A stretch of DNA of 64,000 nucleotides from the NCBI GenBank assembly GCA_038496445.1, contig JALMLS010000418.1, positions 62,001-126,000 of the forward strand, given 5' to 3'. The notes beneath the pieces are model-generated. The model was not told the DNA's origin and did not search any database. It saw nothing but the letters and a program-made list of their open reading frames with translations. The DNA comes from Trichosphaerium sp. ATCC 40318. Lineage: Eukaryota > Protista > Tubulinea. Within the stretch, counting starts at the first letter, position 1. Each line of letters begins with the position of its first letter. Positions 1 to 12,992 of the stretch are shown here, one piece after another. Both the position numbers and the translations under genes were made by a program.

Positions 1-1933
1 CGATAGTGTAGTGTTAGTTGTATTGCTGATATTTCAAATAATTATGATGATGTCCAGGCTTTATCCGTTCGTGGTACAATTGACAAATACCTTGGAGCAT
101 CCGATTACGCCATTTCTCCAAGAACGTCTGTAGTCTTTTTGCCGGAAGATAGACAACGTGAAGTGGAAGAAGCAAAGGTACTGCTAAACGTTCATGTGGA
201 TTATAATCCTCTGTTGCTAGGCATCTAGTGCGCCTTACTTTCAACCAATGGCATTACTTCATGTTGTCAAAAAATTAGGATACCACGTGACATTGAAGGC
301 ACTTGTTGCTCTTGATAAAATACTTCACGATTGTATGCTATCTTTGTTTTCAATGGCCAAAGCACTTTCTCCATTGACAAATGATTATGGTCTTGTAACT
401 GATGATAACTTTCAAACTATTTGGACAGGAGTTTATGATAGCGATTATATGCTTGAGTGTGGATATTCCCAAGACTTACCACCATTACAGAATCTGGCTA
501 TTGAGTACGCATTTCTTGCTGTAGTGTTTACTGATCGTTACAAAGGGTGGATTTGAATAGCATTGATACAAAGGAGCTCCCTTGCATTGTTAGAAATGGT
601 ACTTCGTCTCTATGCGATGTAACATTTGTTGTGATTGATAAAGAAACACCAGTATTCCAAGTCAAATCTTCAAGATACGCTGTCTCAACTACAAACAAGT
701 ACAAATACCTTTGTCACTTTAAATAATAATGGTTGTTTAGGTACTTCTTGAGCCAGTTTACTGGTGGTTTCAAACAAGAAGATGTGATCCAATATGTTCT
801 CATTGATGGCGAAACACCAGATTCCGCATTTCATTTCTTGAACATCATGACAAGCGTGAACTACAGAAAAGAGATTGACCTTCTCAAAGAAAAAAACCCA
901 CCATTTAAGACACTCAAAGGTGTAGTCGTAAAACTAGGACAGGTAATAGTCTAAAGTCTAATAGGTAAGTATTAATAAGATACTTCAGGTTCTAGCTGAG
1001 GATATTCAATACTACTTTTTTACAACACTGTTCCACATCGGACTTACCAAACCAAGATTTCTTGATATGTTAGATATTGCAGGCAGTTTATTGAAGAAAC
1101 TGTCTAAAAGAAACTGCAAAAAACTTTATGTATCGTTAACTGGAATATTCAACAAAGGCTGCACGTTCATGACTTACATCATGAATAAGAAAAAAGCAAG
1201 AAAAATTCCTGAAGGTTTACTAGAGATGTTTTGTAAGTCCTATTTTGAGGACGATCCGCCTTATTTGCAATCAACGGCAGACTTGTGGATACTTGCAAGT
1301 ACGACAATCTTTTATTTGTACTTTGACTAACATTATTTGACTCAATAGGAATGGGATCACACGACGATATAGCCGAGAAATTAGAGACAAAATTACCTCC
1401 TACTTTTGCGTCACATCTTTACTTGTGTAAGGATGACCCTAAAAAACTATGGTGGCATAGTTGGTTTGGTGATTTTGTTACAAAAGAGCAGCTTCAACAA
1501 AGTGCACATAGGTTTCAACAGGCATGCACAAGTGTTAGAGTAACAAGGTATTTGAATTTTTGTTCTAAATGATAGTGACATCCTTTGCCAAGACCAGCAA
1601 TATTGGGTTCATATACTATAAAGCCAGGTGAAGACTATGTGCTCTTAGCTGGAGGATTAAAGTGGTAGGTTAGTTTCTAAACACTATTACTTATATTGAT
1701 GTAGGAATGTAACTCAACAAGACAGGAACATTACTGTGGCTCTGGACAGAAGTATTATCGGGAATATTTTGTACATGGACTACAAAGCCAAAATATTATC
1801 AAAATCAAAGAAATTATGTTTTAAAGAGTTGAATGGTAGATGTGTTGTACAGTTTACAGCTCGTATTGTTACTCCTGCAAGATGTTACCGCATAGTAATA
1901 AGTGGAAAGTCAGTGATTGATCTAAGTAGCTAA
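1..1933 (+). CDS. BTB/POZ-like domain protein, paralog A (multi-exon, 5' end outside window)
   Basis: Spliced exons give VTFVVIDKETPVFQVKSSRYAVSTTNKYFLSQFTGGFKQEDV...GETPDSAFHFLNIM, which fits a BTB pattern. Collinear with the paralog at 3.3-5.6 kb (shared GSHxDIAxKLE..LPxTFASHLYxCKDDPKKLWWH). Stop TAA at 1931-1933. Confidence 0.7.
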
Positions 1934-3323
1934 TTTCAAACTTCCTGTACCAACTGTTTTTTTGGAATAAATGGTTCCTTTTTCTTGACAATAACGATGG
2001 TTTCCTTTCAACATGTTTCAATATGTTTTTTGCTGGAACATAAGCACTATCGTGTATTGTACTTGCTATAGTGGACCTTCATAAACTAATTGATTGGCTA
2101 ACAAGATGAAAATAATAGAAACTCAACGGTAGCTATAAAAAGTGCACTTGTGAAAAAAACACGAAAAAAATAGGATTGGCGGCTTAACAGGATTCAGACT
2201 TTTGGCCTTTAGTTGTTAAAGCACGAACTAATTAACCTCTGGCTTGGCAAAACTACAACATAAACTCAAATATCTGAGCAAATGGAAGAAGCAGACAAGA
2301 ATACACTCAAATCCGCTAAAGCGACTTTAAAATGTGCCAGTACGCCATAAAACGCTATCGCAGCGATAGTTACTTTGTTAGTGTAAATGAAACTAAATGT
2401 CGCTAACTTAGCTGCGGCTCTTGAAAAATCAAAAAAAAAAGGGAAACTATAGCTGCTATTGAAGACTTGTTGCTCAATAATGAGTATAGTCTGTTTGAAG
2501 AATGGATGTTGGTTGGTATTCGCAACATAGCTAGAAAGCAAATATACTGCATACACGTTCACTGTACAATGACGCTTTAGGAGCAAGTCAATTACTGGAA
2601 GGTGATTCTCTTTTTTTTCTACTTACGATTAACTACCTGTATCACAGGCTACTGTTTGAAGCAAATTGCATCCTTAACAAAGACACAACTGTAAATATTG
2701 TGAATTATCGTGGAATTGTAAGTGTGGTTGATGCGGTACAGGTAGAAAGTATGGAAAAAATGTATAACGCACTTTACAAATGATTCTCAAATTGTCGCAA
2801 ACTCTAACTTTGAATTCGCTTGGCATCTATTCACAACAGTGTAAGCGACCTAGAAGCGATCAATACAACCAAGACTTAGTACGTTTCTGCAATAACTGGT
2901 TATAAATCTTAGTGATAATGTCTAGTTGCAACACTCTCCTAAGAAAGCAGAACTGTTCAGCCCTTTTTTTTTCTTTGTCTGTTTTGTAACATTTTAACGC
3001 TTTTCAAGCAATATCGCTAGCACATTTTGCTTTTCTTCCAAAACAGGAGTTTTTATGTGAGATACTGTTAAACAGCTATGTCTACGCCCAAAAATCATCC
3101 AGAAGGTAGGGTAAGCAGCTTGCTTCCGAAAAATAAAAAAAAACTCGCTAAATTAGTCCCATCTTTCAACATCGCAGTATTTAGGTGTAATACTAATAAA
3201 GACGTGTTACTTACCTACACATTCTAGGTTAAGTGCGCTTAAGTGTTTTTTTGTATTAAGCCAGCTAGGGGTTAGGGTTTAAACGTCAAAAACAATTCAT
3301 CAGCAGTTTTTATCACTACAACT

Positions 3324-5631
3324 ATGTACAACCCTATAACACGCTACTACAAACGAGCCGTGCCAAAATCGTTCAGTACGCTTCTTAATGCTATATATCT
3401 CTAAATAACAGTGCTCCAACGCAAAATTTATCAGTTTAAGCTCTTTAGCTATGAAAAAAAAAAAACTAACCGTTAGCGAAAGCTAAAAACTTTTTTGCCT
3501 AATTTGGCACTTTCTCCGCTTTGTGCCAAAGTGCTGATATTTGTTTAGATACTGTTTCGTTTGATGGAGTACTCTCAAACAAACATGTAGTGCTAAGCCT
3601 TATTCGTCATTGTTCCTTTGCTGAACTGGCTAAGCTTGAAATGTGCTCAAGGCTCGTGCAACGACTCTCGTTGTTAGAGTGCTACGATGATGACATAAAC
3701 AAACACTGGATATTGACAAATCTTCGCACAATTGTAAGAAAAGCAGATATAATGCATACACAAAGCGGAATGTATGAAACAGCTTATGACGCTTTTCTAC
3801 AAACTACTAGAAGGTACGCTGATGAAATAACGTGCTTCAAATTTAATCTCACAATCAGGTTATTGCCTGAAATATCAGATAGTTTTGATGATCGTAGTTG
3901 CTTGAATGGAAAGCTCAAAGAACTTAGTCACCCAGTTCCTGAGCTAGCTACCTTAGCAGATAATGATGTTAACGAAGCAAAGGTATACTGTTGATAGTAG
4001 TTTTGGTTTACTTACGTTTAACTAGGCCTCTACTCCACCTTATTTTCATCCTAAGGTATTACTTCATTATGTAACAGAATTTGGTTACTACATTACAATG
4101 AAGACTCTTTTGGTTCTTGACAGGGCTGTTCATGATTGTATGCTATCTTTGTTTTCGAATGCTCGAGAGATATCGTTAACAAACCATTCTCGCATTGTAA
4201 CTGTTGAAAACTTCAAGTTTGTTGTAAAGTACGTGGTTTTTGATCAGAGAAGCTTGGAATGAAGTACATTGCTTTATTGTACTATTTTTACTAAATTTGA
4301 AAAGAGACAGTGTTAAGCAAGAGCTTCCTTGCTATACTCAGCCTGATACTGAGTTTTGCGGGGATGAATTGACATTTGTGGTGACTGATAGTCAAGAAAA
4401 AGCATATTTCAAGTACACAGCATCCAAAAACACTTTGGTTGAAAGGAGCAGGTACAACTTAAGCTTGCGTCATCTAAATAGTACTGACTAGTACTTTAGA
4501 TACTACAATACTATGTTCACACGTGGTTTTGAAGAAAAAGGTAAAGATGTGGTTAAATACACCCTTGTAGGTGGTGAAACACCAACTACTGCGAGGCATT
4601 TCTTGAACATTGTATCTGGCGACTACAAAAAACAGATCCAAAATCTCATTAACACTGTCTTGCTCTGTCCAAGAGAAGAAGCTTTTGAAACCCTCAATGG
4701 TGTTATTGTGAAGCTTGGACAGGTAATAGAGGCCAACCATTAAATACCGTTGCTTGGTTTAACATACTTTTTCTAGACACTTGAGGAAAAGATTCAACAC
4801 TACTGTTTTTGGTCATTATATTTGAAATATCACACTTGCAAATTGCCTGAACACGTGTTCCTACTTGATACTGCACGCTTGTTGATCCAAGTGACTGAAA
4901 AAGAATATAGTAATTTGTATAGTATACTCTCAAATCATACAAACAATAAATTCATGCACCAACTTATGATGCGGAACAAGAAAATTAGGATGCCTGAACA
5001 TGTTCTACAACTGTTGTTGAACAACAAGCACTGGACAAAGCCAGATTTATGGCTACTTGCAAGTATGAGAAATACCCGAGGTATTGATTATTAAACTGAA
5101 AATAGGAATGGGCTCACATTATGACATTGCTAAGAAGTTAGAGCCATATTTGCCTTGCACTTTTGCATCACACCTTTACATGTGTAAAGATGACCCTAAG
5201 AAACTATGGTGGCATAAATATGTTGGTGATATTGTTACAAAAGAGCAGCTTAATAACAGTGCACCAATACTTCAACAAGTGTGCTTCAACGCAAGAAACC
5301 AGTCTAGTTTTTACCGAGATAAACTTGTAGTAGCAATCAAAGAGAATTTATCAGAAAAGAAGATCTTTCAGTATGCCGGGGGCTTCATGTGGTAATCTTG
5401 TTACTCCAAGTTGTATTGCTTACAGCAACTTTTAGGTCGTTTTCAAAAATACAAAACAAGATTGTTGTTGCTTATGAGGGCATTGCTGGAAACCTTTCGC
5501 ACATGGAATTTAAAGTGACCATTAATGGCAAATTTGCATCTTTCCGTAATAATGAGTTTCATGCGCTAATTGTTAAGACAAAACGACACTATCAAATTAG
5601 TATAAAATTGCCAGGAAACTCATTGGCATAA
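3324..5631 (+). CDS. BTB/POZ-like domain protein, paralog B, with a possible F-box-like N-terminus (multi-exon, start uncertain)
   Basis: Exons encode LIRHCSFAELAKLEMCSRLVQRL (F-box-like) and DELTFVVTD...LVERSRYYNTMFTRGFEE (BTB-like). Most intron positions are shared with paralog A. The ATG at 3324 is tentative. Confidence 0.7.
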
Positions 5632-5709
5632 AATAAATGTCTTGTACATTACGATGTACAAAAAAAATAAAATGTGATGAGAATCGTTTATTTTGTTCGC
5701 CAATTGCTT

Positions 5710-8700
5710 CTACACGGAATAAACGGAGAAGTGGTATTCGCCGCTACCAACAAGTACATCAATGACGCCTCCTTTATCCATTGCACCAGTGATACCTTTA
5801 ACTCCTAAAAAACCCATTATTAGAACAATAGAAACTGTACCTGTTTTTGTTACGTACCAGGTACGTATTTGTTACCACTCCAAATATTTGATGAGCCTTC
5901 TTGGATTGTAACAGATGTAAGACCTACCTTTGGTAGACTTACAGTAGCTGTTGATCCGACAGGAATCGTAACACTGTGATCAAAAATACTTTGTTTACAG
6001 CTACCAGAAAGCTATTTGTAATCCAAGTTAACCACGTGCGTTTGTAAATAAAAAAAGAGAAACAAATCATACTTGAACGTCCAAATGCTTTACTACATCA
6101 TGACACGGATCTTTAAATACGGAATCAGATGCCATGATAGAGCACGATGATTTCCCAATACAAGCCTTAGCGATAATTTCGGTCGTGTCCTAGTTGCTCA
6201 CTTAGTTTGTTTCATGCAATGCGTAGCCTCAACGTCAAATGATTTTAAAAAACGTATAGTACCGTAGCATCACAAGAGCTCTTACTGAAATTTCCGCAAG
6301 TGCCAGTCGGCGTACCAAAGGAAGCAAATTCAACCTTTTCAAACAATCCCTGTTGATGAAAGTTATAATTACGTCACAAGTTATAAACAAGAACAACGTA
6401 CACCAGGACACGTGAGTTTCATCTCTGAATTTTCTGGTACAGAAGCGCAAGTATGTTTGGTATTTTTAGCAAGCTGCCAGCTTGATACTATCAATCCTCT
6501 ATGTGTTCTCATACTAGCTGACACACTATTTTATCTGTTAGAACTGTGTACTACAACAAGACTACCAGTTACCTTGTTAGATCTGTGGAAGTCAGTCCGT
6601 TTACGTTAGGAGCGATATTTAGTTTCTTAAATGCAATGCTTCCTTTAGCCTAACATTGTTAGTGCTCTCAATCAACACAAAGTGTATCATGTTACCATCT
6701 GGATGCCTGCAAGAGATTTGTAGTACCAATCTGACTGAGATCCGAACATGATATGATTCCTTGATCCAACATTATGGTATTGATCTCCTTTCCAATTCTC
6801 CCAGAGTGTTGTAGCGCCATTCTTGTACAGGGTAAATATCAAATACAAAGAAAAAAAAGGAATATAACCGTACCATTATCATCCATCCCCAAGACGGTTC
6901 TGTAGTCTGTGTAGCAATAGTATAAGCAATGTCGGTACGGTTAATCATATCAAGCGTTGGCAACAAGTACTTGGTGCCTTTCCGTAAAGCATAAGTAAGA
7001 AGACGTTTGTTGTTTTGCTACTAAATGGAGTCATACCAACAATGCCTGTCGTTAAGTGATCTTTGTTCTTTGAGATATCGGAAAGAAGATAATCTACAAC
7101 ACCTTTCTTTTCATTGTTTCCTACTAGATCATACCATAGAGGTAAAGCTTGACTTGTTTGCCAGCCGAACTCGTATGTGCTGTTTGAAGGTTTGTAGAAA
7201 TGAGGATTGAAAGACTTTCTAGCCTTGGCTGCCAAGTTCTATAGCCAAAACAGTTACACGTGGTTTGCACGTTTATAAAATAACTTCAGCTTCGGATTTT
7301 TTCTAACGTACCAAGAGGACCTTTTGTTCCGCTGGCTTGCCAACAATACCAGCCATTTCACCGACAAGATCAAGTTGCATCAAATAGTAAAACTAAAAAT
7401 ACAAAGTCAGGTCAATAAAGCGTACAGACGAAGAGTTTTCGCTTACCGATGATACTAAGTTAGATGAATACTTGCATCCATTCATTCCAGGTACAGCACC
7501 ACACCAATCACCGTAGCGACTCCAAAGAAGTAATCCAGTAGAATTATCGCTAACATCGTGAAGCGCCATAACGTGCTATAAAAAGTCTCAGTGTGGAACA
7601 GCTTTACTTTGAACTTACATCGTATATCCCTGTAAAGAACTCTTCGAGAATATCAACATCCCCATAGTATTGGTACATCCACCAAGGTATAAGAGTGTAC
7701 GCTACACCCCACGCTGGATCAGCTGGATCACCACCTGTAATATTGATATAAATATAAAGTTTGTATCATGTTATTATTACCATGATGATAGTATGGCACG
7801 CAGTCTGGAACGTTACCATTCCTGTTCTCAAATAACTGTTCGTTACGAATGTCACGAATAAATTTAGTGTATGCTAATTATAAATCAGGGAGTGTTGGAT
7901 GAAAAACAACAAAATACCTGCGCCCATGTCCCAATTATGTAAAAGAGTCTCAGCACTTAACTGTGCATCTCCAAGCCATCCACGACGTTCTCTCTAGATT
8001 GTATTATAGGCACTGAGAATGATAATAGATGAAAGATAGCACATACTTGAGGACAATCAGTTGGGATGTTCATGTAGTTGCTCAAACTTGCAAATCTCGT
8101 GATGTGTTGGATCTTATTGAGTAATTCGTTACTGAATACAACTTCACCAATCTCGTCCAATGCAGTGTGAACGAAATGTGCTTCTAAACTGTCAAGATTT
8201 GGAACACCAGGAAATCCTGTAACAGACACATATCTAGCGAATACAATAAATAAATGATTGTACGCTGTTGTTGCGTATGGGTACCTGAAGCCGTGGTATG
8301 TGAACATCGGCGTAAATGTCTCAAGGCTTCCTCCTTTTAAGGTGTATGTATCAATCTCTGGACTGTTTCTATACAAGTGATGTACACTTCCGTTTGGGAA
8401 AAGCAATTCAGCGTGTTGTAATTTTACTACAGTACCACGTGGACCTATAATTGTTGTTATGTCAAAAGGCGAATTTCGCTACATTACCTTGTACTTTAAG
8501 AGTGCAGAATCCAGCCATGTTTTGTCCAAAATCAAAGACAAAGGTACCAGGACTAGGTTCTGTGATCTTTACAGGTGTGTAAGAATCCATAACCTTGATA
8601 GGTGGCATCATCCTAAGAAAGAATAAACAAACATGTCTACTGTACACAATTACTTACATAGCTCGAAGTTCACCTTGTGGTGCAGGCACAGTACCTGCTG

Positions 8701-10129
8701 GTTTCCAACCAGTAGTATTATAACGTGGTAAGTCCCACCCCTGGAAACATTGTTATTGTGACACGATACAAAGGAATAAAAAGGTACCTCGTGTTCCATT
8801 CTTGCATCAAAGTTCTCACCGATATAAATGTCATCAAGTGTCACAGGGCTCTGATTTCTCATTAATAAAAAGCGTTTAAAAATGTTCGTACACTTGCGGC
8901 CTTCCATGAAGACGTATCAGTCGCAGCATATACTTTTTTAGAGCCATCCAAAAGAGTAACAGATATAAAAGCTCTCAAAGACTCTCCACCAGCTTTTACA
9001 CTTGGTTGAGCATACCTGCGCAAGAATTAAATTTATAGGGTCCGTACAAGGTGTGCTTGTGACTCACCATCCGTGACCAAGAGTTATGGCTAACGCATTA
9101 TCAAATGAAAGCATATTTGTGATATCATGTACATCGTAAAGTACTTCTTTCTGGAAAGTAGTGAAAGAACCAAGAACGGTGTCACCAATCTATAACAACA
9201 GTCTTAAGTAACTCATGTACTTAAATTTATCAGTCATACCTTTTTTCCATTCAATCTAGCAACGTAGTATCCAAGCCCACAAACGTAAAGCCTAGCACGC
9301 TTCACAGCACTTGGCAGCGAAAACTCTACGGCCATGTTAACATCCGTAAAATGGCGTCACCAAACCTGTTCGAAGGGCTGAATCTCCACCAATCCAAGAC
9401 CCGCTCCAATCACTTTCTGAAAACAAACCAGTATCAAATCGTGCGACCTATGTTCGATTAGTAAATAACAATAGATTTCAGTAAGTACAAATAGATTACC
9501 TCACTCCATAAAGATTGTTCTCCAGACTTGTCAGTGTATCGAACTTTCCTTGGAACAATTGTGAGTTTATACTATTGTTGTGTGAATCATTATGTACCAG
9601 AAGTACGTGGTATCAGATTTAAGCGCTGTCGCAGTAGATGGATACTTGACAAGGTTCGATTTATCGCTTGTTACCTTTTAAACTTTGTAAGGACAAATAG
9701 AACTTTCTTGTTCACATTCGATACCTTTCCAGAGTCCCAAATATCTCCAGTTGGTACTGAAGGTGAAGAAGATACTTGAACCTGATAGGACGTCTGGGCT
9801 TGACCTCGTTCTATTTTAAAAAAAAATTAACACGTGGGAACAGATAGGGGTCAAGTTCATAAACGAAAAACTTTTGGAAAAGTTGTTTATCTATCGCTAA
9901 CAAGCGCAAAGAGACTAAAATCACGTGCCAGTGTTTGATAAAACCCAAGAAAATCGGGGTCTTAGAACATCCGAACCTATCACAGGTGAAGGCATGTACT
10001 CCAACTTCAAATCAGAAGGTGCCAGAGGAGTCGCTAAAAGTTTTTGTTAATTTGTTAACGGTTTCGGTTTATTGTACCATAAAAGCATCCAAATAATAAA
10101 AATAAGCAAATTAGAATACGATGTAACAT
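5710..10129 (-). CDS. Secreted alpha-L-rhamnosidase (GH78) with an inserted SUEL/rhamnose-binding lectin domain (multi-exon)
   Basis: Signal peptide MLHRILICLFLLFGCFY. Motifs PRFSW, VFDFGQNMAG, FTYHGFRY, IPTDCPQRERRGWLGDA and HLTTGIVGTKYLL. Lectin segment FASFGTPTGTCG...CIGKSSC...FKDPC. Stop TAG at 5710-5712. Confidence 0.92.
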
Positions 10130-11253
10130 CAAGTGATGCTGTTTTCGTTTGTTTACAACGCGTGTCGCTTCAGAAATAAGAAAACGGTTGACTGAGTTCA
10201 AAAAAAAAAGTCACGTGCCTTACTTTTCCAGATACAAACCGGGTTCCCGTTTAGGTTCTGACTAACCTCTTTCAGACTACGATTCAGTGAATTGTTGTGC
10301 TGAATGCGTTGGACAAAGGCAAACTGTAGCAAAAATCAACTCTGAATGAAGATGTGGAACATTTCAAGCGTATGGTTGGCCTGAACAAGACTGTCAATAT
10401 CGAAGGACACAATAGGCAACAACAACGACAATGACGAGTAGCAATCAAAACATCCCCTCACCCTCCCTAAAATCCTTTTTTCTTTCATGTAAAAATTATT
10501 TTTTATTTTTCCTTCACACACATTTCCAATCACACGAGGGTTCTTAAATGTAGAATAAATCCGCTCGTGTGGCACGCTAGAGCCACCAAAGACTGAGCGT
10601 CTTACCTCCCCAGCGCGTCTCCCTTATATTATAATGTTGACCAATCTAACATAACAATAGTTTGTCACTTTCACTCAACTTTGTGGAACTTTTTTTTTAA
10701 AGTGTATACGTAGTTTAGATGAAAAAAGCGTGCCGGAGGCTTACAAAGACACCAACAACTTCACTTTTTCTTTTCGCCGTTTTGATAGTAACAAAGGCGG
10801 TCTAACCTTTCTTATTGGCCTGTTCTATAAACCAATAAGATGAAGATATCACACTTTAATCTTTGTGACTACACAACAAAGATAGGCGATCTTGTTCCTG
10901 GTGAGCGATATTACTGGAACTTTTTCACTTGCATAGCTAAAAAATCCGGAATTTTGTCAAAAGCGAACATAGATACTATGTAAAAACATTTTTAGCCACC
11001 AAGTTTAAGTATAAACCAAGAAATCCAGGTAACATTATGGACTATTAGATGAAGACAGTCTAGATATAACTAAAAACCTTGATAATTGTTGTTGTATTGC
11101 TAAGACCAAGTGATGTAGGCACTCATCTGTGGGCACATTCGCAAGGTAATTACAAAGTGAAAAAAACTCTGGCTAAGTGGTTTCGTGAATAGTCCCTCGC
11201 AGTCAACCATAAACACTCCACGTTTGAAACTACTCCACCCATATACGATCATT

Positions 11254-12741
11254 ATGAAAACAAGGGCGTCTAGACTCGCAAACAAGAAAAAACGTCGTAA
11301 TGAACCTACAAAGGCTGCACAAACACTCACTGCATTCCCAAACGAAGTTCTAGCAATAATCTTTAATAACCTGCCTTATTGCCGCTGTACAAGCATGCTT
11401 GTTTGTAAAAAAATAGCAGAAGTAATACGACATCACGTAGGATTCTCTTCAATTAACGTATGGTCAAACGAGCAAATTGACTTTGTATCATCTTGTGGAA
11501 ACTTGCTACGAAATACACCTATCAATGTATTAAACTTTGAAGATATAATAGATGACGACATAGCTCCTCTTGCAGGCGTTCATACTCTCAGCATAAGCGA
11601 TTATTATGACCTAACATCATACGGCATACAATTCCTTGCTGGTGTTCACACTCTTCGTTTGAGTAATGGTGTTTTGACAGATGAAGGTTTGGGAACTCTT
11701 GATGGAATACACACCCTTGGTATGACTAGAGTCACCGGTTTTACACATGAAGGCTTTTCATTATTGAGTGGACTTCACACCTTACATCTGTCATTTATCA
11801 AGGCAACCCATGAAATGTTCCAGGCAATTGGTGCTTTAGGGTTACATAAATTCTCTTCTGATTCTACGCCTATATCCAATGATGATGCTATAGAATTAGT
11901 TGGTGTCAAGGAACTGAGTATCCTGAATGATACATGGGTACATGCCCTTGAAGGTCAAGTGTCATCTGAGGGCATAACTGCACACGGTGGAATAGTACAA
12001 AAGCTTAAGATTGACTTTCGCTTAAGTGAAAAGGCACTTCAAGCTCTTTCTGGAATACACACTATAAAACTACATTTGGGTGCATACAATCAACCATGCA
12101 TTTTAAATCTAGAACCAATAACTGGTGCACATGAAGTTAAAATCGATTGCTACAATGTATCTGCAGTTAGTATAAAAACCTTAATGACAGTACCAATACA
12201 CACGATAAAATTATGTGGTATGGGAATACATGCTGAAGCCTTCCAATATCTTGCTGGAGCACACACTATTGATGTTAGTAGCACCGAAATCACAGATAAG
12301 GATGTTGGTTTTCTAGGAGGTGTGCATAAGCTACTACTGGCACGTACACGCATAACAGGAAGCACATTTGGTGCTCTTTCAGGAATTCATACCATATCCC
12401 TTGCAGATTGCAGTAATATAACGGATGAAGCTGTAACAGCTCTTGCTGGTGTTCATAGTATTGACCTATCTTCCACACCAGTTACTGACAACGGAATTAA
12501 AGCACTTGCTGGTGTTCATACCATAAGTGTTAGAAAAACACAAGTAACTGATATCGGTATCAAAGCTCTTGCAGGTGTTCACTCTATTGATCTTGGGGAA
12601 ACCTCAGTAACAGATGAAGGTCTTTACGCATTGAAGGGATTATCCTGTTTGCGTGTATATTTTTGTAAGAATATTACTGAAGAAGGCAGAAACAAACTTG
12701 GTAAGATTGACAGGTTATTAGGCTGGTCTCCTGTATCATGA
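11254..12741 (+). CDS. F-box-like plus leucine-rich-repeat protein, intronless
   Basis: Single ORF. LTAFPNEVLAIIFNNL...MLVCKKI is F-box-like and is followed by ~22-aa repeats LAGVHTIDLSxTxVTDxGIKAL. Confidence 0.88.
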   Translation: MKTRASRLANKKKRRNEPTKAAQTLTAFPNEVLAIIFNNLPYCRCTSMLVCKKIAEVIRHHVGFSSINVWSNEQIDFVSSCGNLLRNTPINVLNFEDIIDDDIAPLAGVHTLSISDYYDLTSYGIQFLAGVHTLRLSNGVLTDEGLGTLDGIHTLGMTRVTGFTHEGFSLLSGLHTLHLSFIKATHEMFQAIGALGLHKFSSDSTPISNDDAIELVGVKELSILNDTWVHALEGQVSSEGITAHGGIVQKLKIDFRLSEKALQALSGIHTIKLHLGAYNQPCILNLEPITGAHEVKIDCYNVSAVSIKTLMTVPIHTIKLCGMGIHAEAFQYLAGAHTIDVSSTEITDKDVGFLGGVHKLLLARTRITGSTFGALSGIHTISLADCSNITDEAVTALAGVHSIDLSSTPVTDNGIKALAGVHTISVRKTQVTDIGIKALAGVHSIDLGETSVTDEGLYALKGLSCLRVYFCKNITEEGRNKLGKIDRLLGWSPVS

Positions 12742-12992
12742 ACAAAGGCAACTTAGCTCAATTCGAAAAGCCAAAACAAGAACTCCTGTTCCCCCTCTCA
12801 ACAGCGAGTGTTAATACGCTTTTGGCATAGTTGCTTATAAGATGCGACACGGAATCTACAATAATGCACTTTGCACGTGTAAAAATAATTTGAAAGTCAC
12901 CTACGCCTTATCTTGCCAGGGCCCTGGTCAGTTAAAGTAGCTATCACATTTTGCAAAGTTTGTAGACTTTTCCTTCATCGCCTTCCTAAACC

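Noticed and set aside
2176-2250. tRNA-like sequence on the minus strand ending ...GAATCCTGTTAAGCCGCCA
   Set aside because: The T-loop is GTCTGAATC rather than GTTCGAATC and the stems do not pair. At best a decayed tRNA or SINE remnant.
2560-2950. Exon/intron-like fragments between the BTB paralogs
   Set aside because: No continuous frame or recognisable motif.
3268-3281. GGGGTTAGGGTTT telomere-like or telo-box motif
   Set aside because: A single short occurrence, compatible with chance.
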